From contig JBEKVV010000002.1 in the NCBI GenBank assembly GCA_049513715.1, positions 352,001-416,000 on the forward strand: a DNA stretch of 64,000 nt, given 5' to 3'. A model generated the notes under the pieces. That model did not search any database, had not been told where the DNA came from, and saw only the letters and a list, made by a program, of their open reading frames with translations. The translations under genes and the position numbers were made by a program. Positions within the stretch are counted from its first letter, which is position 1, and each line of letters starts with the position of its first letter. Positions 56,672 through 64,000 of the stretch are shown here, one piece after another. Source of the DNA: Candidatus Bathyarchaeia archaeon. Lineage in GTDB: Archaea > Thermoproteota > Bathyarchaeia > 40CM-2-53-6.

Positions 56672-57934
56672 ATGACTGAAATGGAAAGAAGGCACACTGA
56701 ATTGAAAGCCAATGTCCCTTACGGAGATCAATCGATGCGCCTGGAAATAAGGGACGAAATAACGGAAGTTGTGTCTCCGAAACATTTCGCCGCGGACGAG
56801 CAGTCGGTTGCGCGGTCACTACTGAACCCGAAAGGTGCACCAGACCTAGAGTCGTTCCTTTCTGAAAGAAAACGGATACTTGTCGTGATTAACGATCATA
56901 CCCGCCCCCTTGTATCGGCTGTACTCAAACGCCTGCCCCTTAGGAATAACGAAGTTACGACAATAGTTGCGACTGGGACGCACCGTTCTCCGAACCGTGA
57001 GGAATTAGCGCGTCTTATGTGCGGTAGCTCTCCGCCGTATGGTGGAAAAGTCGCGGTTCATGACGCCACAGATTCCGAGGCGTTAAGGGCACTGGGTCGC
57101 ACAAGTCGAGGTACAGATGTACACCTGAATTCAGCGGTTTTCGAGGCCGATGGATTGGTGGCTGTTGGCTCCGTTGAGCCTCACTACTTCGCGGGTTTCA
57201 CGGGAGGACGTAAGTTTCTGCTTCCCGCCCTGGCTGGCTACAAATCTGTCGAAATGAACCATTCCTTAGCTTTGGACGAAAGGGCCAGGATTCTTAGTCT
57301 TTCTGGGAATCCGATTCACGAAGATTTCATGGAGGCCCTGCATATGTTCGGAAGGAATGAGGACATTTTCTCAATCCAAGTAGTCATGAATCCTGAGCAT
57401 GAGGTAAGTTACGCCTGTTCAGGAGATATCGTCGACTCATTCACTGATGCCGTGGAGCAGGCAACTAGGACCTATACTTGCAGAATTCAATCCAAAGCCG
57501 ACATTGTTGTGGCTGTGGTGGGTCCTCCGCTCGATATCGACTTGTACCAGGCTCACAAAGCCGTAGAAAATGTGAAGCCATCGTTAAACGACGGAGGTGT
57601 GCTAATACTTGTCGCCAAGTGCAGGGACGGTGTGGGCAATCGCGCCTTCTATGATCTGCTGGCGTCGAAACAAGATATCTTCCAGATGGTGAAGCAAAAC
57701 TACACATTTGGAGGTCACAAGGCCCTGAAAATCGCGCAGTTGCTCCAACGAGCAAAGATTTTCGCAGTAACCAGCCTTCCCTCCAAGATGCTGCAAGACA
57801 TCTCAATAGTACCATATACCAACGTCCAAAACGCGGTGGACGAGGCTAGGAGGATAAAGGGTCCGAACGCTAGAATTCTATTGGTAAATGATGCAGGCGT
57901 CGCTGTCCCGGTACAGGACACGCGAGAAACCTGA
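56672..57934 (+). CDS. larA: Nickel-pincer-dependent lactate racemase family protein
   Basis: NDHTRP, ATGTHR, HD, EPHYFAGFTGGRK..LP, DLYQAHKA. Confidence 0.9.
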   Translation: MTEMERRHTELKANVPYGDQSMRLEIRDEITEVVSPKHFAADEQSVARSLLNPKGAPDLESFLSERKRILVVINDHTRPLVSAVLKRLPLRNNEVTTIVATGTHRSPNREELARLMCGSSPPYGGKVAVHDATDSEALRALGRTSRGTDVHLNSAVFEADGLVAVGSVEPHYFAGFTGGRKFLLPALAGYKSVEMNHSLALDERARILSLSGNPIHEDFMEALHMFGRNEDIFSIQVVMNPEHEVSYACSGDIVDSFTDAVEQATRTYTCRIQSKADIVVAVVGPPLDIDLYQAHKAVENVKPSLNDGGVLILVAKCRDGVGNRAFYDLLASKQDIFQMVKQNYTFGGHKALKIAQLLQRAKIFAVTSLPSKMLQDISIVPYTNVQNAVDEARRIKGPNARILLVNDAGVAVPVQDTRET

Positions 57935-58000
57935 TTCGTTTCCGAGCGCCAATTTCTGAATGCGTTCATCTATGCAGGGATCTGGTTCAGCGGTTTCACG

Positions 58001-59440
58001 TTACGGCTGTCCGGTATGATTGGTTTGAGTCTTCGTTTCGTGTCCACGTAAACTTGAGGCAAACATCCCCGCTAGAGTGATGACGGTTGCCACGATGAAC
58101 GCGCGCCCAATGCCGCTCATGAAGCCTACCGAATCGCTTGCAGTTAGCGTCGTATAGCCACCAGTGATTATGCCGGAAACGACCTGATATGGGATGGCTG
58201 TGGTGATTATGTACGCCACCAGCGCGATGCTTACAACGTTGCCAGTATTGAAGAGGGTTGCCCTGACTGCTGAAGCCACACCACGTCGGTCCGCTGGAAC
58301 GGAGCCCATAACGGAACTGATGTTTGGCGAGGAGAAGAGCCCCAATCCCAGTCCGAGAATTATGAGAATGATTTCAACTTGCACGAGTGAGGTTGTGGCC
58401 GTTAGGAGAAATGCAAGTGCCACGTAGCCCACGGTTCCAATTCCCATGCCCAGTGTGGCTAACCCGCGTGTCCCATACCGGTCAGAGAGTCTTCCGCTAA
58501 TGGGGCCGATAGTCACGAAAGCCACGTCTAACGGCAGGAATAGAATTCCAGCTGTCAGAGCGTCGAACCCTCGAATAAGTTGGAAGTAGAGTATTATGAT
58601 GAGGCTCAGAGACCCGAAACCAAGCGAATACAGGAACTGACTAATGTTCCCAGCTGAGAAAAGACGGATTTTGAAGAGCCGCATGTCAAGAAGCGGCTGC
58701 GCCGTTCTCGGTTCGACATACAGGAATCCTGCGAAAGTTGCCAAGCCAATGGCGAAGAATATTGTTGCTTCGATATTATCGATTGCAGCCATCGTGAGTA
58801 GACTGATGACCAATAGCAGCGTGGTAAGCGAGGTTGTGAATAGGAGGAGACCTAGATAATCAAAACTCCAACGTTTCTCCGTTTTCGCGATCTCACGCAA
58901 ACGGAGGTGTGCCCAGAGAGTACCAAAGATTCCGATGGGAACGTTCATGAGGAATATGTATCTCCATCCGGTGGTGTCGATTAATACTCCCCCCACAGTT
59001 AATCCAAGGACCGCGCCCAATGTGAACGCAATTTGATTTGTTCCGAGTGCAAAGCCCAGTTCTTGCGCGGGTGTCGCGTCGGCAATTAGTGCCACGCTGT
59101 TGGCGATTAGCATCGCGGCGCCGGCTCCTTGAATTACTCGGAAAATTATGAGTTGCTCTCCTGTTTGCGCAAAGAAGCATAACCCGGAACCTACAGTGAA
59201 GATTGCGAAGCCTAGGTTGTAGATCTTTACTCGGCCAAATATGTCGGTAAGTCGGCCGAGGAATAGGAGGCCGATGGTTATGGCGATTTGATAACCCTGC
59301 GTCACCCACAGTAAGGTCTCAAGATCCGTTTGGAGTGATTCAGCGATTGTGGGTAGGCCTATTAGTACTATTCGCGTGTCAAGACCGGCCATGAAAATGC
59401 CGACAGTCGTTACTGTAAGGACGACCCACTGGTACTTCAC
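58001..59440 (-). CDS. MFS transporter (DHA2/EmrB-like, 14 TM)
   Basis: LD..IV.IGLP, GRLTDIFGR, FRVIQG.GAA, GWRYIF..NVPIG, GRLSDRYG. Confidence 0.92.
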   Translation of the reverse strand: MKYQWVVLTVTTVGIFMAGLDTRIVLIGLPTIAESLQTDLETLLWVTQGYQIAITIGLLFLGRLTDIFGRVKIYNLGFAIFTVGSGLCFFAQTGEQLIIFRVIQGAGAAMLIANSVALIADATPAQELGFALGTNQIAFTLGAVLGLTVGGVLIDTTGWRYIFLMNVPIGIFGTLWAHLRLREIAKTEKRWSFDYLGLLLFTTSLTTLLLVISLLTMAAIDNIEATIFFAIGLATFAGFLYVEPRTAQPLLDMRLFKIRLFSAGNISQFLYSLGFGSLSLIIILYFQLIRGFDALTAGILFLPLDVAFVTIGPISGRLSDRYGTRGLATLGMGIGTVGYVALAFLLTATTSLVQVEIILIILGLGLGLFSSPNISSVMGSVPADRRGVASAVRATLFNTGNVVSIALVAYIITTAIPYQVVSGIITGGYTTLTASDSVGFMSGIGRAFIVATVITLAGMFASSLRGHETKTQTNHTGQP

Positions 59441-59555
59441 TGTCTTAACACGAAACTAGGCCACACTAAACCTCTATAAGAAAAACCCTTCACAATACCA
59501 ACACCACGGAACGTGTTCCCACCTTTTCTGGCATCGGAATTGTGCGCGCGAACTG

Positions 59556-60590
59556 ATGTCGCGCACCACACGATTGGATATTCTCTTAACGGCCCACGCA
59601 GTCATCTGGCTTGTGGAAGACTTGGTGACCAGGGCGTTCAGGGGTGCATTGAACCTGCTTCGTACTTGCGCACAGGTGAGGCCGCGAGAAAGGGTCCTGA
59701 TCGTAAGTGACTCCGATACTGACCCAGCGATCGCGAGCACAATGATGGCTGCTGCGACTCGGCTTGGTGTTGAAGCCATCTCGATCACGATGAGGCCCAG
59801 AGCTTTGCCAGGAGACGAACCCCCTGCTCCGGTTGTGGCTGCAATGCTATCATCTGACGTGATAATTTGCCCGACCAGCAGAACCCTATACCATACCAAC
59901 GCGAGAACCTTGGCCTGCAGGAAGGGTGCAAGATTCATGTCGATGGCTGGAGCCACAATGGCCGTCCTAGCCTCCCGAGCGATGTTCGCCGATTTCGAGA
60001 AACAAGAACGACTTTTGAGAAAACTCGTGAGGCTGTTAACTCGCGCGAAACGTATCACGGTTACGAATCGGGCAGGAACTGATCTCGAGTTCAGTGTGGT
60101 TGGGCGACGCGGGTACGGCGTCAGTGGAATGGCCACTCGGCGTGGCGAAGCGACAGGAGTACCCGACATCGAGGCCTACATCGCCCCTATTGAGGGCTCT
60201 ACAAACGGGACTTTGGCTATCGATGGGAGCACCTCAGTAACGGGAGTCGTGAAGGAAACCATTAAAATCGATATCGAGGGTGGAATGGCGAAGAGGTTGA
60301 GTGGGGGACCTGATGCGCCGCGACTCCTACAAATACTCAGAAAAGCCAGAAGTCGTACAGCATTCTGCGTTGCCGAATTTGGGATTGGGTTGAACCCGTT
60401 CGCCCGCATTCGGGGCGCCATAATAGAAGATGAAGGAGCCCTAGGGACGGCGCACATAGCACTCGGAGACAGCACTAGATTAGGTGGAAAGAACAAAGCG
60501 CCACTTCACATAGACCTAGTCCTGAAACACCCGCACGTCGAATTCGACGGAAGAACCGTCCTAGATGGAAAGAATCTTACACTGTATTAG
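59556..60590 (+). CDS. Leucyl aminopeptidase / thermophilic metalloprotease (M29-like) family
   Basis: GTDL.F, P..EAYIAP, AEFGIGLNP, EDE...GTAHIALGD, HID. Confidence 0.8.
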   Translation: MSRTTRLDILLTAHAVIWLVEDLVTRAFRGALNLLRTCAQVRPRERVLIVSDSDTDPAIASTMMAAATRLGVEAISITMRPRALPGDEPPAPVVAAMLSSDVIICPTSRTLYHTNARTLACRKGARFMSMAGATMAVLASRAMFADFEKQERLLRKLVRLLTRAKRITVTNRAGTDLEFSVVGRRGYGVSGMATRRGEATGVPDIEAYIAPIEGSTNGTLAIDGSTSVTGVVKETIKIDIEGGMAKRLSGGPDAPRLLQILRKARSRTAFCVAEFGIGLNPFARIRGAIIEDEGALGTAHIALGDSTRLGGKNKAPLHIDLVLKHPHVEFDGRTVLDGKNLTLY

Positions 60591-60617
60591 AAACGATGAG
60601 CGAACCGCCACGCATCT

Positions 60618-62750
60618 TCATTGACGGATGATTCTGGAATGCAAGAGGTCCGTGACCAGAGTGACTGCACGTTGAGTCCACGCGGCAGACGCTGCAATTG
60701 CAGATAGAATTGCGGCGGAAGTTGCCAAGGTCATCAGAAACCCGATTCCAAGCAGTTCAGATAAAGTCACAGCGAGGAGTGCACCCGCTAGGGCGATAAC
60801 GCTGCACTTCTGGAGTTCTCTGAATATCCGTCGGTGCCCGAAGGGGAGCCTTCTAACAATCACCGCGAAGGGTATTCCAAGGTACACGGTTCCTAATAGC
60901 GCACTGATGGTTAGTCCTGAAAGAAGTGCGCCTGCTTCATGACTCATGGGTAGCAGGTCGAAAGCTGTCGATCCTACCCGTAGGATTGCAATGAGAGGGT
61001 ACAGCACGATCTTCATTGCTGCACGTACTGGCGGATGGTCATACTCGAACTGAGCCACGGCAGGGCTGAATGAATAGTACCACTCGTTAAAGGCCACCAT
61101 GAAACTTGAACCGGCAAAAGTCTGCAGTATCTTGTAATCTCTGAAATCCCTGAGAAATTGCACTTCAGGAGCCAGCTCCGACCCGAAAGTGGCTGTTGCG
61201 ATCAAGCATCCTGAAACCTGCAGTGTGACCGGAACCTGCCTGGCTTCTGCACTATCCGCTCCCCATATGCTGAACTTGTAGGTGCCGGTCGGGACGGAGC
61301 GCGTAACGGTTAGAGTGACCGTAACGACGGCTGTTCCACCGGCAGGCGGAACGATTGTGTTGGTGGAGAAGAATGCTTGGACACCGGGCGGTAGGTTAGC
61401 CGTATTTAGAGCTACACGCTCATTGAAGCCGCCGATTGATTGGAGCGTCAGAGTCATCGTGGCGGAAGATGCTTGGGGCATGCTGATTGGGTTGGGGTCG
61501 GCTGCAAGCAAGAAATCGCCCGGGACTGAAGAGCTCGCGGTGTCGGTAGCAACGTTCGTTACCTGTGTCGTGGGGTTTATTGTCTGTGTAGTGGAATCGG
61601 TTGTGACTGTGCTAGATGTTGTTGTCCCGACTTGAGCCGAGGTGGTTGAAGTTGAAGTTGAAGTTGATGTTGAGGTTGATGTTGAAGTTGTCGTTGGGGT
61701 TGTGCTTGAGCTGCTTGAGCTCGTACTAGTTTGAGAGTTTTGGGTAGACGTGGGCTCCGTTACGGTTGAAGAAGAATAGGTCGAGGCTGTGCTCGTTGTT
61801 GATGATGTCGAAGATGTTTCAATTATGGTTGTTGCGGACGCCTGCCCGGGGAAGTCTAATTTCACGTTCACGCCACTAAGGGTGATCGTCTTGGTGATCG
61901 GGCCAAAACCTGGACCTGAGGCTGTGACTGTAATCGTTCCAGAAGTGCCAATCGGGATAGTGTAGCCGCCGGCTGATGATGAGATAGCGTAGTAACTGCC
62001 GCTGCTGGTTGCGATCGTTACTCCGGGTATGCCTTCACCTATGTCGTAGAAGTTGTTGTTGTTCACATCATTGTAAACGACACCCAACAGGAATGGGCCT
62101 GTGTTGCTTGTGGCGCCGAAATCCTCCGTGATGAGGCTACCGAGACCAATACCGTTTGGAGTTACTCCTTGATCGTATCCGATTCCGATTTCGGAGTAGG
62201 CGCACGGGGGGTCTCCGCAAGGGTAGGGTTGAATGAGGTCGAGAAGGTTCACGCGATGAGGACGCCCCGACGTTCCGGCATCAACCATCATCAAATCCTC
62301 TAACTCCGTGGCACTCAGATCCGTACCTCCGGCCATGTTTTCACCCGCCATCACGTAATCGTAGCCTGCGTGCGTCATGCGGCCGAACGGAGTTGTGCCG
62401 TTCGGGTCGTTATGGGAGAAATAGTTCAGATTGTACATGTCTTGGCTGTGGGCCTGAGCGATGCCAAGCAGGATGTTATTCATAGCCAACGGCGGCCGAG
62501 GACCCAGAAGACTCGGATTCGCCAGCCCCTCATGGATATCAATCCCTAAACGCTGACCCTCAGCGACAGGATCAGCACGAGCACGGTTAATGTACTCTAA
62601 CACCAACTGCTCCGCAGGAACGGGATCACCCGAATTGTACAGCACGGCCGCCTTGACCATTGGCGCAAACAGAACTAGAGGTAACCAAAGTGACGTCAAT
62701 ATCAAGACAAGAGCGGAAACGGCAACGGCGCACCTGTGTCTCGGAATCAT
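60618..62750 (-). CDS. Secreted CAP/SCP-domain protein with Ser/Thr-rich linker and CFI-box-CTERM
   Basis: EQ..LEYINRARA, AQAHSQDM...YFSH, GEN, HR.NLL; TSTS linker; GCLIATATFGSELAPEVQFLRDFRD. Confidence 0.88.
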   Translation of the reverse strand: MIPRHRCAVAVSALVLILTSLWLPLVLFAPMVKAAVLYNSGDPVPAEQLVLEYINRARADPVAEGQRLGIDIHEGLANPSLLGPRPPLAMNNILLGIAQAHSQDMYNLNYFSHNDPNGTTPFGRMTHAGYDYVMAGENMAGGTDLSATELEDLMMVDAGTSGRPHRVNLLDLIQPYPCGDPPCAYSEIGIGYDQGVTPNGIGLGSLITEDFGATSNTGPFLLGVVYNDVNNNNFYDIGEGIPGVTIATSSGSYYAISSSAGGYTIPIGTSGTITVTASGPGFGPITKTITLSGVNVKLDFPGQASATTIIETSSTSSTTSTASTYSSSTVTEPTSTQNSQTSTSSSSSSTTPTTTSTSTSTSTSTSTSTTSAQVGTTTSSTVTTDSTTQTINPTTQVTNVATDTASSSVPGDFLLAADPNPISMPQASSATMTLTLQSIGGFNERVALNTANLPPGVQAFFSTNTIVPPAGGTAVVTVTLTVTRSVPTGTYKFSIWGADSAEARQVPVTLQVSGCLIATATFGSELAPEVQFLRDFRDYKILQTFAGSSFMVAFNEWYYSFSPAVAQFEYDHPPVRAAMKIVLYPLIAILRVGSTAFDLLPMSHEAGALLSGLTISALLGTVYLGIPFAVIVRRLPFGHRRIFRELQKCSVIALAGALLAVTLSELLGIGFLMTLATSAAILSAIAASAAWTQRAVTLVTDLLHSRIIRQ
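61645..61689. repeat. Hexamer tandem repeat (GTTGAN)n encoding a Thr-Ser linker
   Basis: gttgaa gttgaa gttgaa gttgat gttgag gttgat gttgaa. Confidence 0.8.
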
Positions 62751-63048
62751 GACTCTGGTTCACCTCCAGTTGGAATTCATCGTCCCAAACCGCTGTCGGA
62801 CAACAAATAATCCTTCCAAGTATGGGTCTTCACGTAGGCACGCTGAATGCAACGATCATCGACGCGGCAATTCCTAAAATGACAGGTTCATGTGAATTTG
62901 GCTACTGTTGAAACTGAGCCTGATTGAACACCGGTCTGCCCGTCGCACGATCTTCCTAGGAATTGTTTCTGATTAGTCTACACGCGACGGTCATGAAGGC
63001 TGCAGCACAGATTCGGATCAAATTCCTTTGGGCTTCTTTGAAGCTTCA

Positions 63049-63552
63049 CTAAGGTTGGACACAACATGTATCAGCCGAGATGTGAATGGTTCCTAAGCTC
63101 GTGGATGCTAGACTCCATACTCCATCGACCGTGACTCTTACGGTAACGTTCTGATGGCTTCTGAGAAAGTCAAAGTTCCCCGCATCGAAGAACGTTTGAA
63201 CCCCGACGGTCTGGGGGAGGATTAGTGTGGGCAAACTTGCACTTGCACTGTATGGTAAGCTCTGCTGGTAGTTCATGTTGTCAATGCGGACGTTGATTAT
63301 GGGTACGCGGAGAGAAGTCGAGCCGGAAAGAATGTACACTATTACTGACGCCTCTGTGAGGTTTCCGTAACCTGAAATTGATATTGAGATATTGTCACCG
63401 AAAGTATGCTGAATCATCGTTAGTTGCGCGTTTGGCATCGCTATGTAGCGGAATGTTGAGGCCAACACAACAATTACTACCAGAATTACTGCAAGTGCGA
63501 TTAGGAGCCCTCGTCGGCTTCGAGTAGTCAAAGCTGATGAAGACGCATCCAT
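63049..63552 (-). CDS. Hypothetical membrane-anchored protein (LEA-2-like beta domain possible)
   Basis: RSRR followed by a hydrophobic anchor and beta-rich domain. Confidence 0.6.
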   Translation of the reverse strand: MDASSSALTTRSRRGLLIALAVILVVIVVLASTFRYIAMPNAQLTMIQHTFGDNISISISGYGNLTEASVIVYILSGSTSLRVPIINVRIDNMNYQQSLPYSASASLPTLILPQTVGVQTFFDAGNFDFLRSHQNVTVRVTVDGVWSLASTSLGTIHISADTCCVQP

Positions 63553-63850
63553 ATCGATGGTATTTAGAATTATCCTTCAGCTACTGGCCTGATATCGCAA
63601 TGCAGCTGCGTGAGTCTGCGAATTGACAGGGAAAAGACATCAACCGTAATTGTGCTCACCCATGCAAAGGTGCGCGGGCTCTCGCACTCAAGATCCATTT
63701 CACTTAGAGTCAATTGGGCCAGACTCGTCATCGCCCGCCAAATCAACTCTGGGTCAGTCGCTAATTTGCTTATCTACATTCTCAACCGAAATTGGCTGAC
63801 ATGCTTATGTTCCTAAAGCGTGCGTAGACTCTGTCGAAGGATTTGTGGGG

Positions 63851-64000
63851 ATGCCTGCCCTCAAGATAACACCGATAGGTTTCGAGAGCCTCGGCGTCAG
63901 GTCCATGTGCACATACGTTGAGACTCCGGATCTGCGGGTTCTGATTGATGCGGGCGTCGCCCTTGGCCCGAGGTTTCGGCTGCTTCCCCATCCCCGCGAA
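63851..64000 (+). CDS. UPF0282 MBL-fold metallo-hydrolase, 5' partial (runs off window)
   Basis: [50 protein letters not shown]. Confidence 0.85.
   Translation, partial: MPALKITPIGFESLGVRSMCTYVETPDLRVLIDAGVALGPRFRLLPHPRE

Noticed and set aside
61645..61689. Tandem repeat as CRISPR or contingency locus
   Set aside because: In-frame degenerate hexamers encoding a Thr/Ser linker; no spacers, and no CRISPR array or cas gene anywhere in the window.

Overview
Archaeal chromosomal segment, most consistent with a Bathyarchaeia-like TACK lineage: TBP, Orc1/Cdc6, MCM, GINS23, RFC, Hel308, aIF-1A, tetraether synthase, archaeal CCA enzyme, a CFI-box-CTERM protein, and many TTG/GTG starts. It is mostly housekeeping and metabolic: glycosylation genes, lipid genes (tes, GGR), a tRNA-maturation cluster (Trm11, RNase Z, ThpR, CCA), AOR and molybdopterin genes, an ars operon, a replication cluster and lactate genes. 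The standout is a 181-nt tRNA-Pro(GGG) gene at 21349-21529 that I parse by hand into five exons and four non-canonical introns, each bounded by a bulge-helix-bulge/loop motif. Its 3' end begins a 167-bp direct repeat (21504-21670 / 23277-23443) bracketing a small islet with aIF-1A, a SET-domain gene, a Zn-finger gene and a probable split-integrase remnant. MCM carries a 369-aa LAGLIDADG intein. All calls come from reading motifs by eye; no database searches were run.
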